From: Bdellovibrionales bacterium
GTDB taxonomy: Bacteria; Bdellovibrionota; Bdellovibrionia; Bdellovibrionales; JAMPXM01
Direction: 5' to 3'
Length of the DNA: 64,000 nucleotides
NCBI GenBank assembly: GCA_016713885.1
Contig: JADJOF010000002.1
Location: 89,723 to 153,722, forward strand
Shown here: piece after piece, positions 8,683-18,041 of the stretch
Numbering within the stretch: the stretch's first letter is position 1
How the letters are laid out: every line of letters begins with the position of its first letter
Notes under the pieces: model-generated
Told to the model about the DNA's origin: nothing
What the model saw: the letters and a program-made list of their open reading frames with translations, nothing else
Database searches by the model: none
Program-made: the position numbers and the translations under genes

Positions 8683-9534
8683 ATGATCAATACACTCATC
8701 CTTGATGGAAAAGCGGTGGCTCAGGCGCGCCGAGCGGTTCTTCGTGAAAAAGTGGCGGAATTTACGAAAACAAAGGGCCGAGCTCCGGGGCTTGCCGTGG
8801 TGATTGTGGGGCATGACCCTGCGAGCCAGATCTACGTAAAGAACAAGATAGGAGCGTGTGCGGAGGCGGGGATTGAGAGTTTCCACCTCGAGAGGCCGGC
8901 CACACTGACGCAGGCTGAGTTGCACAAGACGATTGATGAGCTCAACGCGAGGGCCGATGTCGATGGCATTTTGGTGCAGCTGCCGCTGCCGAAGCATCTG
9001 AATGAGACCGAAGCTTTGGAGCGAATTCGCGGTGAGAAGGATCCCGATGGTTTGACGAGCGCGAATCTCGGGCTTTTGTTCTCGGGACGAACGCGAGTGG
9101 CTCCGTGCACGCCGTTTGGGGTGATGAAGATTTTCGAACACTACAAGATCGACGTTGCGGGAAAAAATGCGGTGGTGATTGGGCGAAGCAATATCGTCGG
9201 AAAGCCGATGGCACAGCTTCTACTTCAAGCCAATGCGACGGTGACGATGGCGCACTCGAAGACGCATGATCTTGAGGCGGTGACGCGTGAGGCGGACATC
9301 GTCGTTGTGGCGGTGGGGCAGCGGCATCTCCTTGGGAAATCGGCGTTTAAAAAAGGTGTCGTGATTGCGGATGTCGGAATGCATCGAGGCGATAAGGGCC
9401 TTTGCGGCGATGTGCGCCTGGATGAGCTGCATGGTTGGGCTCAGGCGATGACGCCAGTTCCGGGCGGAGTGGGGCCGATGACGATTCAAATGTTACTTGA
9501 GAATACGTTTCGTTTGGCTGGCGGAAAGATCTAA
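8683..9534 (+). CDS. folD: Bifunctional methylenetetrahydrofolate dehydrogenase/cyclohydrolase
   Basis: LDGKAVA...PGLAVVIVGHDPASQIYVKNK...VDGILVQLPLPKHL...GKNAVVIGRSNIVGKPMAQLL...TPVPGGVGPMT are canonical FolD motifs. 283 aa. Confidence 0.95.
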   Translation: MINTLILDGKAVAQARRAVLREKVAEFTKTKGRAPGLAVVIVGHDPASQIYVKNKIGACAEAGIESFHLERPATLTQAELHKTIDELNARADVDGILVQLPLPKHLNETEALERIRGEKDPDGLTSANLGLLFSGRTRVAPCTPFGVMKIFEHYKIDVAGKNAVVIGRSNIVGKPMAQLLLQANATVTMAHSKTHDLEAVTREADIVVVAVGQRHLLGKSAFKKGVVIADVGMHRGDKGLCGDVRLDELHGWAQAMTPVPGGVGPMTIQMLLENTFRLAGGKI

Positions 9535-11510
9535 CGCGCGCACTGCGCTGGTGCTTTCCAGGGCACGATACGTGGGTCAGCTTTAATCGGTTCCATTTCA
9601 AGGAATGCGTGGTGGGCTGAAACGAATTTTTCAACGTATTGAATGGGGCCAATGGGTGCCATGTTGAACTTGCGCACGGCCCAGTAGTTTAAACCGATGT
9701 TTTTAATTTCAGTCATGCGGGCTGTGAGCTTGTCCATAGCGCGATCGGTATTTCCCTCGCCCCAGTTGTAGGAGAGAACCGCGAGTTTGGGATCACGTGG
9801 GAACATCTTGATCAGATAGTTCATGTAGCGGCCCGCGGCTCGAGACGAGAGCTCGAGGTTTGCGCGCGAGTCGCAAGGGTCGAAGCTTCCTGGTTTTTTG
9901 CCGACGGGCCGAACAGCCGCTTTAACAAAGGGAAGGCTGAGGAGGGGGCTCTTGGCGGTGCCGAGCATGAACTGCCATGGACCAACTTCGCCGGCTCCGC
10001 CAACCTGCACGGGATAGCCCTCTTCAATGAAAAATGTGGACTCGATAAGAGTGAGCGCTGCGGTTTCGGCCGGTGCACCTTGGCTTACGATTTGCCCCAC
10101 GACGAGGTCGCGATTGGGGAGAAAGTTTATAGCGAACTTTCTGAGCCGAGGAAGCGCAAGCCATGATTTGACCGCGCTATCGATAATTGGATTTGCGCGG
10201 TCTTTGTTCCAAACCTTGGTGGCGGGATGTTCGGGATTTGTTGGAATCAGCCAACCTGTTCCAGTTTGCTGTGGAACGATGATTTTGATCGTGGGCTGTG
10301 GGGGGGCAGGATTCGATTTTGTGGTGCCGGCTTTTTCCGGAACGACAAGAGGTGCTTCGGGGACGGCAACGGGGCTATCGTCGTCGGTGTCGATCTCGTC
10401 GTCCGAAAGTGCTGGTGCCGGGATTGGAATCAGCGCGGGCTGCGGTTTTGTTTGAGCAGTAGTAGCGCTTACTGTGTTGGTCGGCTTTGTGGTCGGCGTT
10501 GATTTTAGTTTTTGGACGACGACGTAGACCTGCTCCTCTTCGTTTGGAAGAATAAACTGGCGACGAGTGCCGTTGAATTCAAGCAAGACTTCGCCGCGCG
10601 TGGTGTTGCCGAGCATTCGACCGGAAACCTCAGGGGCGGTGACGCCGGGGCAACCGATGCGAAGCGGTTCATCGAGTTCATTTGTTTCGACGAGTCGGCC
10701 TGCTGGACAAAGCTCTTTGTCGCCGAGTTGTAGGTCAAATCCCGACGGGCCCCAGGCGACTTCGAAAGTCTGAAGCGTGCGCGTTTGGGCTGTTTTGAAC
10801 GTGTCGAGTAGGCGCTTTAAGGCCGGAATCTTCACTGTGTTTTTTGTTGATCGTGCGATGACTGAACTTTCCTGCGTGCGCACGATGAGGCCTGCGCGGG
10901 CACCGGCGCCGCGAGTTTCTTTAAGCGAAAGTGTGGCGATGGCACAGGCGGGTAGCGTGCCTTTTGTGGGAGCTGCGGCATTACATTCGAGTGAGAGTTC
11001 AAATGGAACGGCGTCACCGCTTGGTGCTTTTCCGGCTTGAGTGGTGAACTGGCGGTCGGACCCAGACTGCAGATTGTTTGCTGAGAAATCAAAAAAGATG
11101 CGACCGACGTAACGGATCGAGAGTACGACGCGGTGGAACTCTTTGTTGCTGCGATCGATAGAGGCGACGAGAATGCGAGAAGCGAGTTCGCGGTCTTGCT
11201 CGTTGCTGCCGCTGACGGCGGGCTCGGCTTTTAGAGTTTGCAGTTCGGAGGCCTTGCCCGCGCCTGTGAAAGCGCGGCCATCGTCGGTTTTGAGGCCGGT
11301 TTGATTGGTGGCCTGGAAGAATTCATTCTTTGAACTTGGAGCCGGCGCGCAGGCGGTCAAAGCCGCAGACATGACGGTCGCGGCGAGAGTGCCGAAATGT
11401 ACGGCAGTTTTGGAATGACCGATTCGAAACCAGCTCACGTGAGGCCTCCACACAAACAGCAATGCAAGTGCAGTGCTGTCGGTGAGCTCCTCGGTGTCGG
11501 CATGTAACAT
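9531..11510 (-). CDS. Large lipoprotein-like protein with a C-terminal lytic transglycosylase (SLT) domain
   Basis: The C-terminal region has EVGPWQFMLGTAKS and VLSYNWGEGN, which are SLT-type motifs. AALTAC is a lipobox-like segment near the N-terminus, so the true start may lie downstream of 11510. Its stop shares nucleotides with the folD stop. Confidence 0.75.
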   Translation of the reverse strand: MLHADTEELTDSTALALLFVWRPHVSWFRIGHSKTAVHFGTLAATVMSAALTACAPAPSSKNEFFQATNQTGLKTDDGRAFTGAGKASELQTLKAEPAVSGSNEQDRELASRILVASIDRSNKEFHRVVLSIRYVGRIFFDFSANNLQSGSDRQFTTQAGKAPSGDAVPFELSLECNAAAPTKGTLPACAIATLSLKETRGAGARAGLIVRTQESSVIARSTKNTVKIPALKRLLDTFKTAQTRTLQTFEVAWGPSGFDLQLGDKELCPAGRLVETNELDEPLRIGCPGVTAPEVSGRMLGNTTRGEVLLEFNGTRRQFILPNEEEQVYVVVQKLKSTPTTKPTNTVSATTAQTKPQPALIPIPAPALSDDEIDTDDDSPVAVPEAPLVVPEKAGTTKSNPAPPQPTIKIIVPQQTGTGWLIPTNPEHPATKVWNKDRANPIIDSAVKSWLALPRLRKFAINFLPNRDLVVGQIVSQGAPAETAALTLIESTFFIEEGYPVQVGGAGEVGPWQFMLGTAKSPLLSLPFVKAAVRPVGKKPGSFDPCDSRANLELSSRAAGRYMNYLIKMFPRDPKLAVLSYNWGEGNTDRAMDKLTARMTEIKNIGLNYWAVRKFNMAPIGPIQYVEKFVSAHHAFLEMEPIKADPRIVPWKAPAQCAR

Positions 11511-11710
11511 ACTGAAAATACGTGGTTTTATATTGCCGCCGCTGACGGTGTTTCGGTTTGAGGTGACGTTTCCCGGCGCTTGGGGCCAGCGATTGGCAGG
11601 GAAGCCGCTCGCAAGGCGGTTTTGGAAGCGCGGCGCTGCCTTGACTCCCTAGGCACTGGCGGCAAAAGTGTCGCCCACACAATGAATTTTCCGTTCTTCT
11701 GGAGAGTGCC

Positions 11711-12814
11711 ATGAGCGCGAATACATCTGGTCAACCGAAACGCACCCCTTTGGCGGCAGAACACGAAGCGCTTGGTGCCCGTATGGTTGATTTTGCCGGC
11801 TGGTGGATGCCGGTTCAATACCGTGGCCTCAAAGAAGAGCACTTAAGCTGTCGCTCGGGCGTTGGGCTTTTTGATGTATCGCACATGGGTGAGTTTCGTG
11901 TCCGCGGACCAAAGTCGCTTGAGACGCTTCAGTGGATCACGACAAACGATGTTTCAAAGCTCGCGGCTGGTGAAGTGCACTACTCGCTTTTTCCCAATGC
12001 GGATGGCGGTATTGTTGACGATCTGATTGTGTATTGCGTGAAGCCTGGCGAAGAGTATCTCCTCTGTGTGAATGCAGCCAACATCGATAAAGACTTTGCG
12101 TTTGTCTGCGCCAACAACCGCGGCGCCGATGTTGGCAACGAGAGTTCGGATTGGGGCCAGATCGCGGTGCAGGGACCGAAGGCACTTGAATTGCTCGGGC
12201 GGCTATTTCCGGGAGCTCAGGCTATGAAAAGTTTCACGCACAAGTCCTTTGCTTTTGCCGGAGGCACGATGATCGTGGCTCGCACTGGCTACACGGGCGA
12301 AGATGGCGCGGAGGTTTTTGTGCCGGCGGCGCTCACGGTGAACTTATGGCGGGAGCTTTTGACCAAGGGGAAAGATCTTGGTGCTGAGCCGATCGGACTT
12401 GGTGCGCGCGACACGCTTCGAACTGAGATGAAGTATTCTCTCTATGGGCATGAGATCGACGACACCACCAATCCCTATGAAGCGGGACTGGGCTGGGTCG
12501 TCAAGCCGCAGGCAAAAGACTTCATCGGCAAATCGAAGATCGTGGCTGTAAAGGATGCTGGTCTTAGCCGAAAGCTGATCGGATTTGAGTTGAGTGACCG
12601 GGGCATTCCGCGTCAGGGCTATAAGCTGCTGTCGCCGAGCGGAGCGGAGATTGGTGTTTGCACCAGCGGAACGATGTCGCCGGTGACGGGTGCGTCGATC
12701 GGCATTGGCTATGTAACAAGTGAGTTTGCGGCGGATGGAACTGAAATCGCGGTGGATATCCGCGGTAAGGCAGCGAAAGCGAAAGTGCGCCCGACGCCAT
12801 TTATTAAAAAGTGA
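11711..12814 (+). CDS. gcvT: Glycine cleavage system aminomethyltransferase (T protein)
   Basis: 367 aa. GARMVDFAGWWMPVQY, LFDVSHMGEF and ARTGYTGEDGAEVF are hallmark GcvT motifs. Confidence 0.95.
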   Translation: MSANTSGQPKRTPLAAEHEALGARMVDFAGWWMPVQYRGLKEEHLSCRSGVGLFDVSHMGEFRVRGPKSLETLQWITTNDVSKLAAGEVHYSLFPNADGGIVDDLIVYCVKPGEEYLLCVNAANIDKDFAFVCANNRGADVGNESSDWGQIAVQGPKALELLGRLFPGAQAMKSFTHKSFAFAGGTMIVARTGYTGEDGAEVFVPAALTVNLWRELLTKGKDLGAEPIGLGARDTLRTEMKYSLYGHEIDDTTNPYEAGLGWVVKPQAKDFIGKSKIVAVKDAGLSRKLIGFELSDRGIPRQGYKLLSPSGAEIGVCTSGTMSPVTGASIGIGYVTSEFAADGTEIAVDIRGKAAKAKVRPTPFIKK

Positions 12815-12845
12815 ATTGAGCAGTAAACCCTAAGGAGATTCGAAG

Positions 12846-13241
12846 ATGTCGAACTACCAGATCCCAGACGATTTTTACTACACCAAGGACCACGAGTGGG
12901 CACAAGTTGACGAGAACATCGTCACCATCGGCATCACAGAGTTTGCTCAAGAGCAGCTCGGCGAGATCGTTTACCTGGACCTTCCAGAAGAGGGCGCAAA
13001 ATACTCGCAAGGTGAAAGCTTTGGTGTCGTTGAATCTGTAAAGGCTGCAAGCGACCTGTTTGCGCCTGTTTCAGGTACCGTGATTGAGGTAAATGCTTCC
13101 CTTATGGAGGATCCGTCGGGATTGAACGACGATCCGATGAATAACGGTTGGCTCATTCGCATTGAGATGGAGAGCGAGAAAGAACTCGCGAATCTGATCC
13201 GTGCTCCTGAGTACCGTAAGCTCATTTCTGAAAAGAAATAG
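12846..13241 (+). CDS. gcvH: Glycine cleavage system H protein
   Basis: 131 aa. YTKDHEWA..., and GVVESVKAASDLFAPVSG carries the lipoyl-lysine motif. Confidence 0.95.
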   Translation: MSNYQIPDDFYYTKDHEWAQVDENIVTIGITEFAQEQLGEIVYLDLPEEGAKYSQGESFGVVESVKAASDLFAPVSGTVIEVNASLMEDPSGLNDDPMNNGWLIRIEMESEKELANLIRAPEYRKLISEKK

Positions 13242-13250
13242 GGAGTTCGA

Positions 13251-13856
13251 ATGGTTCAAGTGTTTGGTTTCGCTCTTGCGGTGACGATGTTGGTTGCTCA
13301 ACCTTTTGCGCAGGCACAGGACACGCCAATTGAGGTCATAAAGACCTTCGACGGCCGTGTGATGCGCTGTGAAGAGAAGGTTGATGTTGGCACTGTTGCC
13401 TACGCTCTGCGAAGCCCGACCGGAACCATCAAGGGCGATCAGTTTGAAGTGGCGGTTGAGCTTGAGACTTACGCTTGTGTTGAAAAACAAGGCGCGATGG
13501 TTCTTGAGGCGATGCCGCTGACTGGTCGTTTTGTGAATGTTTTGGGCGGTTACGTTGAGTTTAAAAACTTAGAGTTCGTGGTTTACTCTCCGGACTTTAA
13601 GGTTGTTCAACCTGTTGCCCTTGATCAGAAAGCTTCAAAACAAAATGCGGTGGTCAGCGTCCCTGTTGCGGCTCTTGACTCGTTGAGTGCAGAGGCTGTG
13701 GCTCGCGCAGGTGAGCGCAAGGTTGTCTTGATCGGCTTTATGCGCGGAATCGCAGAGACCGGAGATACGAAGACCGGTAAGGTTTTCGACAGCGGTCTTT
13801 TGGGATTTGGCGAGTTCAATTTCCTTTTGTCGGAGACGAAAGGCACATTGAAGTAG
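13251..13856 (+). CDS. Hypothetical secreted protein, coupled to gcvH
   Basis: Signal peptide FALAVTMLVAQPFAQAQD. The ATG lies 10 nt after the gcvH stop. Confidence 0.6.
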   Translation: MVQVFGFALAVTMLVAQPFAQAQDTPIEVIKTFDGRVMRCEEKVDVGTVAYALRSPTGTIKGDQFEVAVELETYACVEKQGAMVLEAMPLTGRFVNVLGGYVEFKNLEFVVYSPDFKVVQPVALDQKASKQNAVVSVPVAALDSLSAEAVARAGERKVVLIGFMRGIAETGDTKTGKVFDSGLLGFGEFNFLLSETKGTLK

Positions 13857-13892
13857 GTAGGCGGCCGTAACCGGCGGTCGTTTGGAGAGCTG

Positions 13893-14617
13893 TTGGCGGT
13901 TCGGAAAGATATTTTCGGCAAAGATCTTCAAGAGATCGTCGCTCTTGCTTTTTCGATTCAGGGCTGGAGCGTTGCCATCACTTTTGCGGTGATGGCTTTT
14001 TCGTTTGAATGCTTCGCATCGACAGCTCAATGTGATGAGTGGTTTCGAAGGGCGAAAATTAAAGAATCAGGACAGAGGTGTGTTCTAAGGTGCGCGTCTC
14101 TCAAAACTGATATGGGCACTTTTGACTGTGCAGACGACTGTGACCGTCTTTGTGGAGTCAGTTTAGATTTGAGTGCCCCGGCCTCACTGAATCAATTCGC
14201 ATACTATTTTGGGCTTACGGCAGATGAGCTTGGTCTAGTCGCAATGTACCCTCAAGAGGCGCTAGTTGTTTATAAACAAAAGGATGTCGCTCAGGGGTTT
14301 ATTTCGAAGTGGATAGACCGGACTCGGAGAGCGATGCTATTCGGCATTTTACGTGGGCAGCCTTGCTGACAAAAGAGCTAGGCCCAGAGTTAGCTCAGAA
14401 GTTTCTTGATGCACATGAGGCGGGCCTACCGGCTTCTGACCAAGGACGAGCTATGGATCTAGCTAATAATCGCGCTGGTATTCTAGCGGCTGAATTGCTG
14501 AAGAGGCGGACCCAGTGTACGTTTGAGGGGATCGAGAGCGAAGCAATGAAGGCCTTGACGACAAAAAAGTTGGTTGTCCTCAAGCCCGGAAATATCCCAA
14601 GGAGACGCCGAAAGTGA
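13893..14617 (+). pseudogene. Membrane/secreted Cys-rich protein with a DUF6973-like C-terminal domain, split across two frames
   Basis: ORF 13893..14369 has a hydrophobic N-terminus and a Cys-rich segment. ORF 14309..14617 reads AIRHFTWAALL...LDAHE...MDLANNRAG. The second frame is open only from 14276. Total length 725 nt is 3n+2. The alternative is an independent GTG start at 14309. Confidence 0.45.
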
Positions 14618-15060
14618 GACGAGTTGCTTTAGCCATTTTGATTGGAATAGGGGGCGTGAGTGCGGGCGGGGTGTTCGCGTATGCGAACCTTAAATCACAT
14701 GTCGTTAGAGCTACGCTGTCAGCACAAGAGGCCGAGAAGAAGTGGGGCTCACGAATCTTTGATTCGGCTCTTTTCAAAGAGGCCTCGATTGAAGAGCGAG
14801 CCAAAATGGCGAGTGATCTATTGAGAAAAAAACAGATGAAGGGGCTTGCGATGGCTGTCGTACGCGAACGACTTGGCGAGCATACGGGCTACTTTTGGAA
14901 CGATCAGATCCCCGCCTATTTATTGAACGAAGGCTGGAAGAACGATGAAGATGTCTGGCAGCTCGTTTTGTTGCCAGGGAGAGACGGGAAGGTTGGAGAT
15001 ATCGTTGTAAACAAAAACTGCTGCGACAAATCTCATGCAGCAGAGGGAACTCCGAAATAG
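14614..15060 (+). CDS. Hypothetical membrane-anchored protein, candidate partner of the upstream gene
   Basis: GTGA overlap with the upstream stop. N-terminal TM segment VALAILIGIGGVSAGGVFAY. 148 aa. Confidence 0.55.
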   Translation: MRRVALAILIGIGGVSAGGVFAYANLKSHVVRATLSAQEAEKKWGSRIFDSALFKEASIEERAKMASDLLRKKQMKGLAMAVVRERLGEHTGYFWNDQIPAYLLNEGWKNDEDVWQLVLLPGRDGKVGDIVVNKNCCDKSHAAEGTPK

Positions 15061-15141
15061 ATAGCTCCTGCGTGCTCGACAAATAGAATTTTTAGAATTA
15101 TGATTTTAGAGTATCGGTAGCAAGAGGCTGCCAGTCAGTAT

Positions 15142-15226
15142 GCCCAGGTGGTGAAATTGGTAGACACGCGGGTCTTAGAAGCCCGTGCCGTAAGGTGTGT
15201 AGGTTCAAGTCCTATCCTGGGCACCA
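15142..15226 (+). tRNA. tRNA-Leu (anticodon TAG)
   Basis: Cloverleaf traced by hand. Acceptor GCCCAGG/CCTGGGC. Anticodon stem CGGGT/GCCCG with loop CTTAGAA. Long variable arm (type II). T-arm GTAGG-TTCAAGT-CCTAT. Discriminator A plus an encoded CCA. Confidence 0.95.
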
Positions 15227-15250
15227 AAATGATAGTAGAAGAACTGAATC

Positions 15251-15706
15251 CTAGAACACACTTTCATCGGCCGCGATATTGTAGGGACCATGTTTTCGGA
15301 CAAAGCGTAATTGATTGCGCTCTACGGAAAAAATGAGGATGTCCCTGGTCATGTTGTTACCCATATCGTATGTTGATATGCCTACTTCCAACAATCCATC
15401 TCCATTTAAATCATATTCCAATCGGCGAGGCTTAAGATGAACGAAGTAGGCATATTCCCATGAGCGGTTTTCATCGTCAGTCTCATAAGTTTTTGACCAA
15501 ATTGCGTTGTACTCACGCTTTTTTCCCTTTCCAAGCATGACCTTAGTCTTATGCCAGTCAACTTTCTCGAGCCAGATCCATCTTCCATCCGCCAGCTTAA
15601 GAAAGTCTCTTTCAATTGGTACATCGCCCGCGTTCGCATAGGCGGAAAATACGAATAAAAAGACCAGCAACAAGCTGGTGATGTTACTTTTTCTTAGATT
15701 TTTCAT
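15251..15706 (-). CDS. Small secreted protein with an FG-GAP-like DLNGDGLLEV motif
   Basis: Start at MKNLRKSNITSLLLVFLFVFSAYANA (ATG 15706), which is a signal peptide. It overlaps the upstream SLT gene end by 23 nt. Confidence 0.6.
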   Translation of the reverse strand: MKNLRKSNITSLLLVFLFVFSAYANAGDVPIERDFLKLADGRWIWLEKVDWHKTKVMLGKGKKREYNAIWSKTYETDDENRSWEYAYFVHLKPRRLEYDLNGDGLLEVGISTYDMGNNMTRDILIFSVERNQLRFVRKHGPYNIAADESVF

Positions 15707-16382
15707 AAAGCTCCAAAACCTTGTCGGCATATTCGGTCCCGCCGTCGCCTCGAGAGTAGTAGCTTCTGATCGCACTCCTCGCATTCTTTTCCCACTTTTT
15801 AGGAGTCTGAGAAAATTTATGCCCGAGCAATCTGATGCCGACAGCAATGTTGACTAACGGATCAAGTTTATCTGTTTTTGCGATGTGCACGAGATTATCT
15901 TTAGCCTCGATCCATTTTCTCTTATTTGGAAATCCACCGAGTACGCGCATGGCTTGGTCGGTTACCTGCATCAAGCCGGCAGCAGTGCTGCCCTTGACCT
16001 TTGATTTCTTCGCGGGCCCGAAGCCCGATTCTACGGCGATCATCGCTTTGATCATCAATGGGTCAAGATCATCAGGAAAAGAAACGCCTTCTGCCTTCCA
16101 GTACTCTAACCAAAATTGAATAGCAGTGTCGAACTCCGATCCCTTATTGTGAAAGCCAGCAATCGGATTTAGTGAGGAATATTTTTTCTTTGAATTCCAA
16201 AATAGGTGAAAGATGTTCTCCTTGAGGAGGCCGGGGGCAATTTTTCCTCTGTTTTTTCGAACGTGAGCGTCAACCCACGTTGTTGTTCCGGAATGGCAAG
16301 TTCGCTCGTGACCTTGGACGACATGGTAGCCGGGCGGACACATTTCAGACGCCTTAGGTTTCCTCAGAAGATCGTTGCTCAA
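15684..16382 (-). CDS. Lytic transglycosylase (SLT) domain protein without a signal peptide; N-terminal Cys/His cluster
   Basis: MIAVESGFGP...AAGLMQVT is the SLT catalytic Glu-Ser and GLMQ motif. The N-terminus CPPGYHVVQGHERTCHSG looks like a zinc-binding segment. Confidence 0.8.
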   Translation of the reverse strand: MSNDLLRKPKASEMCPPGYHVVQGHERTCHSGTTTWVDAHVRKNRGKIAPGLLKENIFHLFWNSKKKYSSLNPIAGFHNKGSEFDTAIQFWLEYWKAEGVSFPDDLDPLMIKAMIAVESGFGPAKKSKVKGSTAAGLMQVTDQAMRVLGGFPNKRKWIEAKDNLVHIAKTDKLDPLVNIAVGIRLLGHKFSQTPKKWEKNARSAIRSYYSRGDGGTEYADKVLELYEKSKKK

Positions 16383-16391
16383 GACTTTCCC

Positions 16392-16634
16392 TTACGAAGC
16401 TTTTTTAAGCCGGCCTAGGCCATCAAGAATAAACACTCTGATCAGCACCTGGTATGGAATTCCCTGCTTTTCCGCAACAGACTTTAATTCTTGAATTGTT
16501 GTTTCATCAAGTGCGACGCTCGTGGGCTTCTTTCGTGAGTTTTTGTAGCGTTTCATAGCGGCTAGGATCTTTTTTGAATCCAGCTCGAATGAACCGTCAT
16601 ACTCTTTCAGAGATTTTGCGTAGGACTTCTTCAT
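16392..16634 (-). CDS. brnA: BrnA-type antitoxin (RHH/CopG-like)
   Basis: MKKSYAKSLKEYDGSFELD...VALDETTIQELKSVAEKQGIPYQVLIRVFILDGL. AAGGAG RBS. Overlaps the BrnT gene. Confidence 0.8.
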   Translation of the reverse strand: MKKSYAKSLKEYDGSFELDSKKILAAMKRYKNSRKKPTSVALDETTIQELKSVAEKQGIPYQVLIRVFILDGLGRLKKAS

Positions 16635-16953
16635 ACTGACTCCTTTCCTTTTTATGCGCAGGCCTTGCGCTAATAACCCGAACTCGCCCCTCGCGAAGAA
16701 CGAATGCGATTTGAAGTAGCCGACCATTCAAATTCGGCCCTACGAGTCCAAGTCTCTGCTCGTTAACCGCTGGGTTGGTCTGAATTCCAAGGGGGAGAGT
16801 CAATCCTGACCGGAAAACAGCTTCGACCTCTTCAATAGAGATCTTGTGCTTGGTAGCGCTCTTGGATTGATTGCCCTTATCCCATTCAAACTCGAAATGG
16901 GAAGTTTCCAGAATCCAAAACAACAGCCATTCAACAAACTCCCACTGGGCCAT
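16597..16953 (-). CDS. brnT: BrnT-type toxin (DUF497)
   Basis: FEFEWDKGNQSKSATKH...RVRVISARPAHKKERSQYEE carries the DUF497/BrnT hallmarks (F-x-WD...KH and ISAR-x-A-x-x-x-E). Confidence 0.85.
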   Translation of the reverse strand: MAQWEFVEWLLFWILETSHFEFEWDKGNQSKSATKHKISIEEVEAVFRSGLTLPLGIQTNPAVNEQRLGLVGPNLNGRLLQIAFVLREGRVRVISARPAHKKERSQYEEVLRKISERV

Positions 16954-16984
16954 AAAGCACTATATGGCCACTATCTACATAGTG

Positions 16985-17386
16985 TCAAGTATTTTGGCGC
17001 TTGATCAACTGAAGATAGTTCTGAATTGCGCACTCGGTTTTGCCGTACCTCGTGGCCAGTTCTTTCCGCGTCAGTCCCTTTGATCTACCGTAGTTTCGCC
17101 AGCTCCGCGAGATCAACCCTAGGTTCCCGCCACTGAGTACGGTAGCTCTCTGTCCAAGCCAGTGGTTCTTCGACTATCGCGCGGCGGGCACCATTTCCGA
17201 CAGTATGCGAACCGATACGGTTCGGACCAGTTGGAAGAAGTTTTCCTGGTTTTTCGTTAACATCGCACGCCCCGCGTACATCACCCTAAAAGCATTAACA
17301 AAAATAGTCCGATGCGACTTTGAGCCGACTTTTCCTTTCATCAAAACACTTGGTTTATAAATTCTACGAGAATGATTATAGGCCAC
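16985..17386 (-). pseudogene. HTH-domain gene remnant with an in-frame TAG
   Basis: ORF 17174..17386 ends at TAG (17174-17176). The same frame then continues for 62 codons to TGA at 16985-16987, reading ...SRSWRNYGRSKGLTRKELATRYGKTECAIQNYLQLIKRQNT, which is HTH-like. Confidence 0.35.
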
Positions 17387-17503
17387 CGCATGTGCCCATT
17401 GAAGGAATGGCAGGTGGCGCTTTTCTGTATTAGTCGCCGTTCCTTACTTAAGGGCGCCGGCCCGCCGCCATTGACATATAGAATAAATATATATAAAATA
17501 GAG

Positions 17504-17792
17504 ATGATGATCGAGTTCGACTGGGATGAAAGAAAAAACACCGCGAATCGTAAAAAAGCATGGAGTCTGGTTTGAAGAGGCTCGGTCGGATTTTGACGAC
17601 GTCTATGGTCGACTATTTTTAGACTCTAAACACTCAGACAGTGAAGATCGATTTATTCTCATTGGCCATAACAGCTTCAGTAAACTTTTAGTCGTTGTTC
17701 ATTGTCATCGTGAGTCAGATTCGGTCATCAGAATTATTTCTGCTCGAAAGGCGACCAGGAAAGAAAGGCTGTTCTATGAAAAAGGAATATGA
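17504..17792 (+). pseudogene. brnT: BrnT-type toxin (DUF497), frameshifted in an A6 run
   Basis: ATG 17504 reads MMIEFDWDERKNTANRKK. The frame then breaks at aaaaaa (17552-17557) and the next frame continues HGVWFEEARSDF...VIRIISARKATRKERLFYE. Length 289 nt is 3n+1, consistent with one extra A. Confidence 0.8.
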
Positions 17793-17994
17793 TTTTAAAA
17801 AGATGAAAGAGATTAAAAACCCGTATCCTGCTAAGAAAAAGAAGGCGGTCGGCATTAACTTAAGCCCGGCCGTGATCGACTATTTCAAAAAGCTTGCCGA
17901 TGAGTCAGGGGTCTCTTATCAGAAGCTCATCGATCTTTATTTGTTAGACTGCGTGAAGAGCAAGAAGAAGCTTTCAATGAAGTGGACGGCCTAG
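17776..17994 (+). CDS. brnA: BrnA-type antitoxin
   Basis: MKKEYDFKKMKEIKNPYPAKKKKAVGINLSPAVIDYFKKLADESGVSYQKLIDLYLLDC. Overlaps the BrnT end by 17 nt. Confidence 0.8.
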   Translation: MKKEYDFKKMKEIKNPYPAKKKKAVGINLSPAVIDYFKKLADESGVSYQKLIDLYLLDCVKSKKKLSMKWTA

Positions 17995-18041
17995 TGGTCG
18001 GGGTCTCTACATCGCGTCTGCGCGTCAATGAATCAAGCGTG

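Noticed and set aside
11511-11710. Glycine riboswitch upstream of gcvT, which is its classic location
   Set aside because: The 200-nt leader lacks the conserved aptamer cores (GGAGAG...CCGAAGG(A/G)GCAA...CUCAGGCAAAAGGAC). Only a weak ggcggcaaaag and a CTGGAGAG abutting the start codon are present. A covariance-model scan (Rfam RF00504) would settle it.
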